Shown here: positions 12,891-25,960 of the stretch, in pieces | How positions within the stretch are numbered: the first letter of the stretch is position 1 | Layout of the letters: each line of letters starts with the position of its first letter | Origin: Girardia tigrina | Lineage: Eukaryota | NCBI GenBank assembly: GCA_001938485.1 | Contig: MQRK01255149.1 | Span: forward strand, 1 to 64,000 | Length of the DNA stretch: 64,000 bases | Direction: 5' to 3' | The notes under the pieces: generated by a model | Databases searched by the model: none | Told to the model about the DNA's origin: nothing | What the model saw: the letters and a program-made list of their open reading frames with translations, nothing else | Position numbers and translations under genes: made by a program

Positions 12891-13423
12891 GTAATACATT
12901 TAAAAGGCAACTCATTTTTAAAAAAAATTCAATTTTTTGATATATTTATTTGTAAAAGTTATTTTATTTAAATAATAAATATTAATTAAATCTAGTTTTA
13001 CAATCATTTTCACAAATTTGATTATTACTAAACAGAATTTATTCATCAAATTATTCAGATGAATTTTGTTTGAATCTCGCATCTTGACTGCCACCATCAA
13101 TGGAAAGGATAATGAGAATTCTCTTTCAGATTCCAGACAAACGAAATTTACCAATAAAGATTCTGTGATCTTAACAAATATCCATGGCCAAATGAAATAT
13201 TTCTTCACAGTTATTTTATGAAATAACAATAATTCTTATTATTCATAAATTATATAAAAGTATCTATTTAATTTCCTTAAAATCTTAATTATCCTTTCTT
13301 TTCTAAAGGACGTTTTATTTATTATTTAATGCACATTTCCTTTCAAAGAAATTACTCAAAAAATATTAAAATTTATTCTTGTGAGAACAAGTTATAGAAA
13401 AGATTTATAAATTATTTGAGCAA

Positions 13424-14400
13424 CTGATAACAGAGTGGGTCGTGCAGAGGTATGGCTGAGGTGAAATTGTGCCAATGGATGGTCTCGGTGTCGTGGGGGA
13501 GGACATACAATGGGGAATATCTAACCCAAAAATTCCTATGTTCTTTCGTCCATCGCGAATACTAACCTTTTTCAAAAAGGTAGACCGGTTGGTAAAAAAT
13601 GCGTTGTCGCATAGACTCGAGGAAGAAGAGCTAAAAGCTCAAATGTTAATTCATTGCATTTATGATGAAGATGTTGTTCGTGAAATTAAATTACGGAAAT
13701 TAAAGAGTGTCAAGGAAATATCTGAGTTCGTTGCACTCGTAGACGAAATAAACCACGAAAAGAAGAGCAGGATCAATGCTATCCGAAGTTATCGAGAGGT
13801 TGTTCAAAACAACAAGGCTCCTGAGGTAACTAAAAATGGGTAAATCAGAGTAAGCCGAGAAAACAACCCCCAAGAGAGGAATCAACCGAGTCCAAATGTT
13901 ATACTTCTCATCAACCAGGACATTTCAGCCGAAACTGCCAACAAAGAAGACCTGTGCAGTGTTGGAATTGTAAAGAGACTGGGCACATCAGTCGAAACTG
14001 TCCTAACATACAGCCATTGGTTTGTTTCTTGTGTGGAAAAAAGGGACATAAGCGAACTCAATGTCCAGAGATACGCTGTGAAAAATGTGGCCAGAATGGG
14101 CATCTAGCAGCGGCATGTTTAGTGAACTCTAGCAGACAGAATTATGGTTACGACAATGGAAGATCGAGAATGCAGAACAATGATCAAAAATTTAAAATCA
14201 ACACGATGAACGAAGATGAAGAACGCACATTTGATGATAATGAAGAAAAAAACGACAAGACGTACCCAAACCACTGGGCTCCGCCAATTGGAGAGTTGGT
14301 GGGAGCCGAGTACCACTGATCTTAGAAGATAATTCCCACGGATTCGGATGCGAGCTGGATGTGCGAACGATGTATAAGGTCTATGGATTTGTGAAAAAGA
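13424..14400 (+). mobile_element. Ty3/Gypsy-type LTR retrotransposon gag remnant with three CCHC zinc knuckles
   Basis: ORF 13954-14319: CWNCKETGHISRNC, CFLCGKKGHKRTQC, CEKCGQNGHLAAAC; upstream gag-like ORF 13469-13843. The segment starts tgataacagagtggg, also seen at ~20194. Confidence 0.75.
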
Positions 14401-14635
14401 ATTTTGAGCAAGTATTCTATGTTAACGCGTTGATTGAGGATCAGAAATCAGAGATATGTTATAGTAAAAAATAGTATTAAAGTATTATTGGGTTATAATG
14501 GCAAAAATATTTTAATTAAAAATTTTACTTTAATAAATAATAATATAAAATCCCTAATATACCTTTTAAAGTAAATGTATCTATTAAAATTGTATTATTC
14601 CAACAATTCAATATTCGTATACTAAACATCCGAAA

Positions 14636-14677
14636 ATTGCTGATGATGATGTATGTAAACATCGAAACATGTCCAAT
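14636..14677 (+). ncRNA. Minimal type I hammerhead ribozyme (Penelope-like element terminal repeat)
   Basis: attg-CTGATGA-t-gatg-tatgtaaa-catc-GAAAC-ATGTC-caat: intact core boxes, stem I attg/caat, stem II gatg/catc, palindromic stem III acatgt, GUC cleavage triplet. Confidence 0.75.
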
Positions 14678-15539
14678 AATTATATAAAAAAAGCTTTAAT
14701 CAAATTATATTTTCGAAATATAATTTTTTATATATATAATTTTATATATAATTTACTATATATAATTTAAATATAATAATTAACTGGGTGACTACACTAT
14801 ATATATATATATATATNNNNNNNNNNNNNNNNNNNNNNNNNNNNNNNNNNNNNNNNNNNNNNNNNNNNNNNNNNNNNNNNNNNNNNNNNNNNNNNNNNNN
14901 NNNNNNNNNNNNNNNNNNNNNNNNNNNNNNNNNNNNNNNNNNNNNNNNNNNNNNNNNNNNNNNNNNNNNNNNNNNNNNNNNNNNNNNNNNNNNNNNNNNN
15001 NNNNNTAGGTTTCGGTATAATTAAATATTTACAAACTATCAAAAATTTATATATATTATATTACATTATATTAATTAATTAATAATAAAAACATAATTTG
15101 TTAGTATATTATTTGTTTGATTATATCGTGTTTTTTCGCATGACTAAATTTAAAAATAATTTTAACAAAAGTACGAGGCCCTTCAAAGTAAATTTTCTCT
15201 TTGTAAATTAAAAACAAACATGTATGAAAGAAAAATAAATCACACCAAAGCAAAGAGGTTGAGATAATTTAAAAAATAATTTTTAATACAATATTTGCAT
15301 GTACTACCCTCAAAACCAATAAACAAGTCACAATAGAAATGTTTTTGCCGGTTTTTGTAAATGTATAGGTCACAAATTATCTATGAGTTCTATATACAAA
15401 GCAAAGAAAATTTAAGTGCGTCGAACAACCAAAAAAATTACCAACTTTACATTGTAGCATCTTTTTAAATGAAAATTACATAATAAAACGAGTTATCATC
15501 ACTTCCTCTTTAGGTTCCTTTATAAAGTAAGAATAAAAT

Positions 15540-15775
15540 GTACATGAAGTGTTGGCCGCCAGACTGAGTTTTGGGGATAAGAACCTCTTGCTTGTGCATG
15601 GTGTCGCCGTTCGGAGTTTAGTTCGAGCAATCCGTGAACGGCCAGGTTACGGATCGACCATGTATCAACCCATTTGATCTGGTTCATGCACTCGCTCTCG
15701 TAACAGCTGGAAGGAGCTGTTCCCTTTAATGCCGAGGGGAAGAGTTCGATCGCATTGTTCGCGAGTCATCAGTCG
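15540..15775 (-). pseudogene. GC-rich orphan exon fragment, LRR-like
   Basis: Stop-free frame LANNAIELFPSALKGTAPSSCYESECMNQIKWVDTWSIRNLAVHGLLELNSE with two LxxNxI-like units; no start codon or partner exons. Confidence 0.35.
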
Positions 15776-17244
15776 TACGAAAAAAAGAGAAAAATGGATC
15801 GTGCACCAATTAATATTTAAAAGATTATACATAGACTACACCTGCATCGATTCTTGTTTTTAAAAGTTCGCAATTTATTTGTTGTTTGTGCATATTTAAA
15901 ACACCATATCTAATTTTTCTTTATAATTTTTTGTGATTTATTATTTTTTATCATTGCCACTCCGAATCCACACAGTGCACATATATTATTTAAACGACTT
16001 CTGTTTTTTAAAATCCGTAATGTTTAGTTCAAATGTTTTTCTCATCCAAATTTATTCTACTCTTCAGCATATCATAAATATTTTTCTCATTATTTTCCTG
16101 GGATTTTTCCAAGATTTTTTAAAAATTATTTTTAAATTTCGTCTAAGAATTTCTTCGCAATTTAGAACTCGTCATTCGTAACCTCTTAAAATATTATCTC
16201 TTTTGCCATCAATTATTAAAGTATCCTGACAAGCAACACTTTCATGCATATAACAAGTTTCTTAAATAAGTATTTCATTCTTAATTTATTCTTTAAAGTT
16301 TGATACTTGATACACATTTAAGGATTATGGAGCGGAAAATTCATTATTTGACACAACATTTGGTCAGTTTAGGAAAATTCGTAAATAAATTATATAAAAA
16401 ATATAATTAAATAAAAATAATTAATTAAATAAAATAAAATTAAATAAAGTAATTAAATAAAATCATTAAATTAAATAAAGTATTTAAATTAAAAGTTTAT
16501 ATATATATATATGTGTGTGTAAAATAAATACCATCACTTTCATCTGGTTTCGTGATGGTGTTTTTGTGTATTGTAAAACTTGTTCATTGGGATTCAGTTT
16601 ACCTTTGTTTGTTTGAATTGACCAATCAATTGCATGATTGAAATATCGATTAGTGTGTATATACATGAAATTGAATTGGTTATGAATGTATGTTGTGTGT
16701 AAGAAAATGTTGATTGGATGTTGGCGTGTGTGTAATTTTTATGTGTGTTTGTTTTGGTAACATGAATTTTAAGCACAATTTTTATGTACAAAAAAATAAA
16801 TAAATGGTCAATTGTTGTGAAATTAATGAAAAGTATCCTATTAGAAAATTTCTGTCAGTGTTCAAATAGATAAATTGGTAAAAGGAGAAAAATGTCAATC
16901 GATTTGTTGATGTTATCAAGTGGAACAGTAAAAAAATTGAATTCGACTTTGTGTTAAAGATAATAAAAAGTTTTGCTCTCTCTTGAGTCTGTTTGAATTA
17001 GTCAAGTGACTAGATATCACCTGTTTAATTTTTAAATGAGTTTGATTCACATTTCATTGATAAATAATAATCCAATAAATGAAATTGTGTCAAACTATCC
17101 TCCTAAGTCAATTGGGCCTTTTGGAGTGAACAACAAACATTTTTTCTAATGTCTTCGAGTAATTTTAGTAGTTTTTATATTGATTTGGACATAAAAAATA
17201 AAGATTTTACTTAAACATTTAACTATTCGTGATTCTAAAATATA

Positions 17245-17284
<40 letters not shown>

Positions 17285-17639
17285 ATCAGTACAATAATCA
17301 CACTGATTTAGGTAGATATTTACTTTCATTAAATAAAGAAATGTGCTAATTTTTTATACATATACCTTTCTTATAGTGAACCTATAATCATTATCAAAAT
17401 TTAGATGAATGGAATCACGGATAATCTGTTCCAATATATATCAAGATCACTTTTAATCGATCAATCTTATACACAGGAAATATTGTCGAAGATCCTATCT
17501 TCACCTCTCATTACCAAAAGGTTTCCCTTCTTAATTAGAGAATACGAATAACAGTAAAGTTATGCTTTTTCGTATCGCAAAAGCTTTACTTTTATGTTTT
17601 GATACCTCATAATAAACCTAAGCCGAATTCCTCATTTAG

Positions 17640-18147
17640 ATTAATTCTCTTTATATTTATTAAGAACATTAAAACAAGTCTTGTTTGAATTTTTATTACA
17701 ATCACATTTAGAGTCATTATGACTCTCAGAAAGTCTTTCATCGTTTGCCATCGTTCTAATTGGTTTTCTTATTTCTATTTTAATCGTGGTTATTCGAATA
17801 ATTTTTCTAAGTCATTTTTTTAATATATTAATTAATATTAATTTAAAATAATAAATTTTACCATTTTTCAATAAATCCCAAAATAATAAAAATGTCATCA
17901 AATTATTAAAAATACATTTAATTTAAATTTTACCAAAAAATATTAAACTTAATTTTAATTGTAAATTAAAAATATGAACTTTAAAATGATTATTTTAATT
18001 ATGTTCGAATAGTCAATCACTTTAAATTTAAATAAAAAAATACCAATTTCCATCTGGGTGGGAGAATCACCATTCTAAATTCAACATACTTAAATCAACA
18101 TTCAGCATCACTACATTTACACAAATAATTTAAAATATTCCTCACAA
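17640..18147 (+). repeat. Dispersed repeat, copy 2 (same family as 1960-2495)
   Basis: Direct colinear similarity over ~500 bp. Confidence 0.8.
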
Positions 18148-19430
18148 TATTAATTTTCAATTAACTGAAATCCCTCTTTGGAAATTGAACTTTTTCATCT
18201 TATATTTGGCTTTTTAAAGGTTTAATATTGTTCCATTTTCTCTCCATTTTTAAATACTTTTGATAATCCCTTAACTTGAAATTAAAACTTACAGCCAAAA
18301 CTTCTTTCCATATTTTCTAGATGGTATTGTTGATGACCCATAAGCTTGCATATTTATTAACGATAAATATTCTTTCTTTTTTCGAAAAGAAAGCATGTTT
18401 ATAAAAAAATCAGAAACTTAAAAAAAACGTAAATATACTATTTGAAATAATTACTTGTTACGACGACAACTACAATAATAATTATTTAATATATTTGTGA
18501 GGAGAATTATTATCGAAACTAATAATTGTATGTTGCGTAATTTATGTATGGAATGTTTGAGGTAAGATCTTTGTATTGTTGTGTAATAGGTCACGACCGA
18601 AATAGTGTGTATGGAGAAATGAATGAGTGTATGTTTGACCCAGATTGATGACGGCATTAATCAATATATATATATATACAGATGATATTCCTCATTTTAT
18701 TGTCTTTGAAATAAATTTTATGACAGTCTCGAAGTCTTCTAACAATATTATTTTTATATATTATTTTATATTTAAATGTGACAATCACTGGGAATTTCTT
18801 TTCAAAATATTAAAAATAATATTTATTAAAAGTATTTCTATTTCTGGAAAAATGTATATTTTAATTAAAAGTTGCATTAACTGAACTTTTATTGAATATT
18901 AAATTTTAAATATTAAATTAACTTTCAAAATATTAAATTACTGAGAATAATTTTGAATAAAAATTTTGAAACATTTTATTGTAAAACAATCCCTGAAATG
19001 CAATTAAAACAGTAAACAATCATACAGAAATTAATTAAATAATATATTTTAATTGAAGAACGTTTTTTTTATTTTTCAGTTTTATTATAATAAAATAAAA
19101 TTTTTTTTGATGTTTTCTTGAAATTTATTTATTTTTCTATTTTTATTTTATTGTAAAAAATAAAAACATATGGATATAAATAATATTAAAAATTATTTAC
19201 ATTAAAAAATTTTCAATAAATAGAAATCAGACGAAATTTATCGTAATCCATTGGGAACTGTCGGAAACGCAAATTTTGCGACTTATATTTTTATGGATTA
19301 AAATTTAATAATATACAAAAGTAAGTTTACGATTATGTTGAAATAAATAAAAACTTTAAAAATTATATATATATATATATNNNNNNNNNNNNNNNNNNNN
19401 NNNNNNNNNNNNNNNNNNNNNNNNNNNNNN

Positions 19431-19461
<31 letters not shown>

Positions 19462-19549
19462 AGTCTTATGAACGCTAATTTGATATTTTTGAAAAATAAT
19501 TTTTTTAAAGATTTTTTAAAAAATTGATTATTTAACATGTTTTGGAATT

Positions 19550-19960
19550 TATTTTCTTCCCATCAGTTTCCCCACTATTGACAAGTCAATTCCCAGCAAT
19601 GTTGAAAAATCTTAAAGTATTTAAGATAGTTCTCCTCCAGTAAAGCATCTAGTTCTTTATTACCAAACTCTTTTGGCTTTCTAGGTCGTTCCTTGTCTTC
19701 CAAATTGAAATCACCGCTCTTGGATAGCGCCAATCAATTTCGACACATTTGCTTATCTGAAGCTTGGTCCAGTAAATGCCTTTTAAAATTCGATGGTTTT
19801 ATACAGCAGTTTTATTCATATCAAAGTAATATTGTAAAATTCCCCGTAAAAACACTTTTTTTGGTTTAAATTTAGCCGTATATTATATAATGGAATAAAA
19901 AATTGTTTTTGCGTCACAATCAATGATCTTCTACTTGCAATTTTAAGTAGACTATTATAT
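19550..19960 (-). mobile_element. mariner (Mos1-like) 5' fragment
   Basis: AKFKPKKVFLRGILQYYFDMNKTAV...SKSGDFNLEDKERPRKPKEFGNKELDALLEEN, with stops and frameshifts. Confidence 0.75.
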
Positions 19961-20468
19961 ATGTAATGATTTATAATAAGGTTTNNNNNNNNNNNNNNNN
20001 NNNNNNNNNNNNNNNNNNNNNNNNNNNNNNNNNNNNNNNNNNNNNNNNNNNNNNNNNNNNNNNNNNNNNNNNNNNNNNNNNNNNNNNNNNNNNNNNNNNN
20101 NNNNNNNNNNNNNNNNNNNNNNNNNNNNNNTTAGCACGCCACGCTCAAAGATCTACTACTTGCAGTTGTAAGTAAACTATGATATATATATATTGATAAC
20201 AGAGTGGGCGCAGGACTCGCTCGATTGCAGTACCTTGTAGTCTGGGGACAGTGGTGGGATCGGGGGGAATAAAAAAATATGTCACATGGTTTATCGACGA
20301 TCTTAGACCCAATCTCTGTGCCCCCACTCAAATGTTGTCCGTTAACGAGCATCACACTTTTCGAAATAAATTGTTACAAATGGGTGTAAGGACTCTTAAA
20401 TGTCTTAATATGAGTTCTTTGTCTCGTTTAGACTGCCTCACGACGTCGATGTACACAATAATATTTGA

Positions 20469-20699
20469 CTAGGCACATCGGTACTCTTTACAAATTAATT
20501 TAATCACATCGATTTCCGTGAATAGTTGCAATGAATCAATTGATATTTTCTCCACGATCATCTGGCCGATAGAAAAGCCGATCGATTGAAGTCACTTGCC
20601 GAAATGAACACTGTCCAGATTCAAAGATTTTTCTTTATTGATCGCGTAATTTACTATTTCCATGTGAAGAAAATAGAACGTATCATATGTACAATCTAT
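20469..20699 (-). pseudogene. TRAPPC6: TRAPPC6/Trs33 N-terminal fragment, disrupted
   Basis: Manual translation IDCTYDTFYFLHMEIVNYAINKEKSLNLDSVHFGK*LQSIGFSIGQMIVEKISIDSLQLFTEIDVIKLICKEYRCA*. Aligns with TRAPPC6B LFLLLHNEMV...KLENMGFRVGQGLIERFTKDTARFKDELDIMKFICKDF. Confidence 0.8.
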
Positions 20700-20751
20700 C
20701 GGTATTGAATTGTAAATAAATTTTTAAAGAGAAAATAAATTTTTCAATCAA

Positions 20752-20922
20752 AAACAATAATGGCGACTTTCCATAAAATCAAAACGAATTTTCGCGCCAA
20801 AAAAATTTATTGATCAAAATTGACTCGTTTAAACAACAAAGAATGAAAAATATTTGATAATTAGTTTTTCACTAAAAAAATATAATACACACACGCAAAC
20901 ACACCAAAACCGGCCAATCAAC
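20752..20922 (-). promoter_or_regulatory. Promoter-like module upstream of the TRAPPC6 fragment
   Basis: aataatggcgactttcc ... tttcgcgccaaa (canonical E2F-type site) ... cggccaatcaa; same layout as 10325-10450. Confidence 0.45.
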
Positions 20923-21036
20923 AAAGGCCACGACAACATACTCAAGAAAGAAACACACGCATAGGCACAACATATTCAATAATAATCTTGAAAATACACA
21001 AAAGGCTGCATTTTCACACAAGAAAAACACGATCAA

Positions 21037-21552
21037 TCACAAAGCCGAATCATAACCGATCGGATTCATCAAGCGATTCTTTGATTGGACTCGATAGATA
21101 ATATCTTCAGATTTCACCAATAATCGTTCATCATCAACATTTTCTTCCTTCACTTCTTCAATTTTATTTTCATCGTCCACGAATTCCTCTCTCAACTCGA
21201 CACTCTCGCGATTGACTTCCATTATCTCGATCTTCTCAAAATCCTCCTCGATTTTTGGTTCAATGTGAATATTATAGGTATAAAAATTGGTAAATAATCG
21301 CAACTGATCGATAAGACTGATGTCAGTCGGGTCGATTATTTCAGAGATTCGATCGATCCTTTACTTCAATTCAATCGACATCGAATCGAAACATTTCTTG
21401 AAAGATTTGTGGTGATAATGTCTCGCAAATCGATTGAGCACTTTCAAACAGGAAATCGCGACAGTTTTATCAGACGACTGGACAACATGAATTATCACAG
21501 GAATGACTGGACTCGCCACTGGCAAACAAAACCGCAATTGATGATCTATCAA
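21037..21552 (-). pseudogene. Unidentified gene fragment (HEAT/ARM-like helices then an acidic tract) with one in-frame stop
   Basis: ORFs 21361-21552 and 21037-21303 are in the same frame and joined by *RIDRISEIIDPTDISLIDQ; protein-like composition. Confidence 0.5.
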
Positions 21553-21788
21553 GATGCCAAAAGTTTTTTAATCGCTAATTTCACGTAGAAAATATTTGCT
21601 GAATTTGGAAAACGCACCGAAATTATGTAGATTGATTCAAACAATCGAATAAATGGAGAAATAATTTTATTTAATTATCGGCAATTAATAAATTAGTCGA
21701 AATTTGATTTAACCATTGAAATTATTTACGATAGATTTTTTTTATTAAAATTGAATTTTATTTAGTTTATAGGCGATATATATATAGG

Positions 21789-21838
<50 letters not shown>

Positions 21839-23874
21839 TAGTTTACTTACAATGCCAACTATTAGGCGATTGAAAAAATGCATTTCAACAAAGTAATTTC
21901 ATTCACAAGTGATTCAAAAAAACCTAAAATTTAAAATGAAACTAAACGTGAATCTAAGTAAGCAAATGAGAAATTTTGTTTATTAAAACATTGAATTCAA
22001 AGTGATACGATCATTTTCAAGGTTATTTGGATATAAAGAACTGACTTTATTGGGTAAGAGTAAATAAAATTAATACTTATCAAATAAAATTTAAAAGTAA
22101 TTGAGTGAGTTTTTATTGCAATATTTCTGGTGAAGTGTTACTTAAAAATTAATTAAAATTACTAAATTTTTAAAGTTTTTTTTTCTACGGGTCGCTTGTC
22201 GCCTATAAACTTTCTAGTATTTAAATAATTGTATTTCATGTTACTTACAATCGATAGTAAAATGAGGCATTAAAATAAGACTTAATAATAACTTGTGACA
22301 AAAGTATAAAGATGTAATATCCAAGCAATCTTTCGTGTAACCCTAGCAATTTATTCCGATACCTAATATTAAAATAAAAGCAGTTGTATAAAAACGAAGT
22401 TTATCATTATTTTATCTACAACCCCTAAATCTGTATCAGTTTATTAATAAAAAACTCGGCAAAAAAGTATTATTAGTACATAAAATTATAAAGGATTAGA
22501 TTTATTATAAGCCAGTTAAAGTTTAACACTTTTTACTCCCAATATAAATTGCGATTTCAATATATTAAAAATATTGAAAACAACTCAAAGAAATTTCAAT
22601 TAAAATTAAAAAATTATATAATTTTAAAAATAGTATTGATTGTAGAGGTGTTTGTGCAGCGTTGTTGCTACATTCTACCGCCGCGGCCATCCGTCCTTGC
22701 CTCAGAACACATTTATTTTATCTTTTAATCACAAAACACGAATGCACGGAAATTCAAATTTTATTTCTTGAAAAACAAAACAAAACAAACGTTACTAAGC
22801 AACGATTTAGCCAAACAAATTTCAAAGAATTTCTTAGATTACAGAAAAGTTAATTTTATAATACAAAAAAATTTTTATAATTAAAAATTATTTTTCATAT
22901 TTTTTTTTAATTTTCCATTTCTAAAATTTGTAATTTATCCATTAAATCCCAATGAAGAGAATTCATTGATAAATCAATTTATTTATTATACTATTTGGAA
23001 AAAAGAAACGTCATTTTCCTTTTTCACATTTTATTTTATTTTAAAAAATTTTCCCTAAAATATTTGATTATTAATTGAAATTTTTAATTTCAACCCGGAA
23101 CACATTATGATGATTAACATTATCATTATTATTACAATATTATAATTAAGAAGAATATTGTTAATTGTACGTTGAATTATACCTTGAATAATAAAGTATG
23201 TTAAATAAAAAATTATTTATATAATGATATACATATAAACTCAAATAAATTTTAGAAAGCGTTCTGACTTTTTTACTGAAAGCTTCATATAAATGAATGG
23301 AAAATGTAAATGTGAGATAATTTACTGCAGAAATTCGATAATGAAGGAAGAAGATTGAAAGAAACGATAAAATATCGATGACTTCGTCTACCTCTTATTT
23401 GGCTGCGTGTTTCCGGATGTCCGGTACAATAGCAAATAAATAATTAAAAATTAAATATACAAAATTAAATAAAATAAAAATATTGGTGATTTATTTTTAT
23501 TATAATTATCAATAATTAAAATAATATTATTATTATTAAGTTCATCTAAAATTCGAATTTTTCCCAAAATAATAAATTTATTTTTTAATTTTATAAGTAA
23601 ATTAATTTCCTGACAAAAATTGTTTTTTAAATATTGTCCTTAAATATTATTAAAATGTTTTATTTATTTTATTTTAAATTTCAGAGAATTTGTGCTACAA
23701 TCATTAATAAATTAAATGAATATTTTAGAGAAAATCAGGGGAAAAGTTTTAAAACTTCTCGGACGGAATCGATGGCTCCATATAGAGCAACTAATTCGAC
23801 AAAGTATGTACTCAAACTTCAGATAACTGATCAACCACTCTAAAAGATAAAAGAAGACAACATTTTATGAGTTT

Positions 23875-24960
23875 TTACTCATCAATTAAAGGTGAATAAA
23901 ATAATAATTTCAATGGAAAATATTCAGAAAGTATTCTTGTTTCTCTCTTGTCATCACTTAACGTCAGAGTTTGAAGAAAACGAGAGAGAAATGAAGACAT
24001 TGAAATGACTATAAAAATTATAATCACTGAAGTTGTAAAATGAAAAGAAGTATTCGATACATGTTCACGCATCTGTTTGACTATAAATATAAAACAATAA
24101 TTTAAATATGATTCAAATTCATTCTTGTAACAAAAGAGAACAGATAAATATACACAATTATGACCAAAGGTTACCAATTTTATTTGGTAATTCTTGTCTC
24201 ACATATATTCTTTTTGCACTGTGAGTATTTTTGAATATACCATGAGAGATACAAGCTTACATAGAAAACAGATCGTAATTCATTAAACTATTGATAAATA
24301 ATTGATGGACTTCGGTTTTCGATAGTTTTATAATTCCTCCTCGATTATTATAAAAACAATCGAATATCGAATTAAAGCCTGGCATTTCATCCGATAGCTG
24401 AAAATTAATTCTTTTGGCATCATTGAAATCCTCTTGATACTCCAATAACATTGAATATAATTGTTTGACTCTTGTGGATATTTTTTATTTGGTTTCAAGT
24501 GTCCAAAGCCGCAATAAACACATGCTCGTAAATCACATGTTCCATTCACCTGGGGCGGAGTTAGAATGGTTGCATCGAAAATGATCGGGAATCGCCTAAT
24601 AAATCAGAAAATCGATTAGAAAATAAATTATTTCGATCTAAACGATAAATCGAGAACTCGGTAATATCAACTCTATTTTCTAGATAGAGCTCAGTTCGAA
24701 TATTTCATTGTCTTCTTTTCACAAAAATACATTTTCGCTATATTTCGAGTTCTCTTAGTATGAAAAATAATATATAATCCAAATTCTTGTCAACTATTCA
24801 TTTTCCTAAATTACGAATTCTGTGGTCTCACAATCCACATGCGACAGTTGATCGATTTATAGATTAGGATGATCTGAATCTTCTCTGGAAAATTATCGAA
24901 TTTTGATGGTTCTTTATTTTTGTAAGAACATAATTACAATGAAAATGTCGTTGAATCTTT
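23875..24960 (-). pseudogene. Decayed unidentified coding segments
   Basis: Overlapping frameshifted ORFs (NGTCDLRACVYCGFGHLKPNKKYPQE / LLEYQEDFNDAKRINFQLSDEMPGFNSIFDCFYNNRGG); no family recognised. Confidence 0.35.
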
Positions 24961-25011
24961 ATTAAGAATTCCTGGTATAACATGGAAAAATCACAAATTG
25001 TTTATACGGTG

Positions 25012-25327
25012 TGTTAAAAGACAAGATTATTTGCTAAGATATATTAATAATACAATAATAAACTAATCATTCTATCTTATATACAAGCACACCTCGATCC
25101 GGTTGCATAACTGGATTAGGGAGATCTGCTGGGTTAGCATCACATGATTTACACCGCACACTATTACATACATACATTATATAATCAAACTCTCAATCAT
25201 GTTACTCAATTTCATACTTCATAATCACACATACTTTCCACATACATCTAATTATGATAATAATATGTTTATAATAATAATTTCAATAATAATTAACAAT
25301 CATAATAATAATTCAAACATCCCTACA
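25012..25327. mobile_element. Solo LTR (316 bp)
   Basis: TGT...ACA termini with exact 5-bp target duplication CGGTG (25007-25011 and 25328-25332). Confidence 0.8.
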
Positions 25328-25519
25328 CGGTGAATGAATACTTTGCTTGATTTATTAAAATTTTCCTAATACGATTTCAATAATATTTTAGAAAATATAG
25401 TTTTATCGAAATAAATCTATTCGTTTCTTTATCGTTCAAAATTGGATCTATTTTTAAACAGTGAAAAAAAGGAAAGCAGTAAACAACCGAGATTCGAAAT
25501 TGTAAAAGATTTAAAAACA

Positions 25520-25960
25520 AACTGATGTGCCGGCTGCTGGACCGAGTGGCGTCGACCAGCACCTCTTAATTGAGCCTGAACTTAGTACCTGGAAAGATCA
25601 GCCTATCATTTCAACGGCGGCTGTGTACCGATCGGGCCCAGTGACCACCGGTTGATACGTCAACGAGTGTCGGTCCTGCGACCGATTCTTGGGGATTTGC
25701 CGCCAGATTGCATATGACAGTACGGACTCAGTCGACCAATTCGTTATGTCGCGGAGTGGCGAACAACGTTATCTTCCCGTTCGTCCGGTTTCTATCGGTC
25801 CGATTTGTGTAGACATGTCCACATGTTAAACACCGTCGAATCGAGAGTGATTGTACCGGGTTTAGTCGGATCGATTTTTCACATGGACGAGTGATACGGG
25901 TTCCGATCAATGGTATTTCTCGCGTGATGTGATTTATTACGGAGAACGAATTAAATTAGC
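25520..25960. other. GC-rich island with a nearly open reading frame, unidentified
   Basis: About 50% GC by eye in a very AT-rich background; + frame DVPAAGPSGVDQHLLIEPELSTWKDQPII...*YVNECRSCDRFLGICRQIAYD... has one stop in ~100 codons. Confidence 0.35.

Noticed and set aside
20193-20284. Solo LTR (tgataacagagtggg...tgtca)
   Set aside because: Shares only 15 bp with 13424, is very short and has no convincing TSD.
21361-21552. Assignment to TRRAP or NOC3
   Set aside because: Only a generic HEAT-like pattern; too weak to name by eye.
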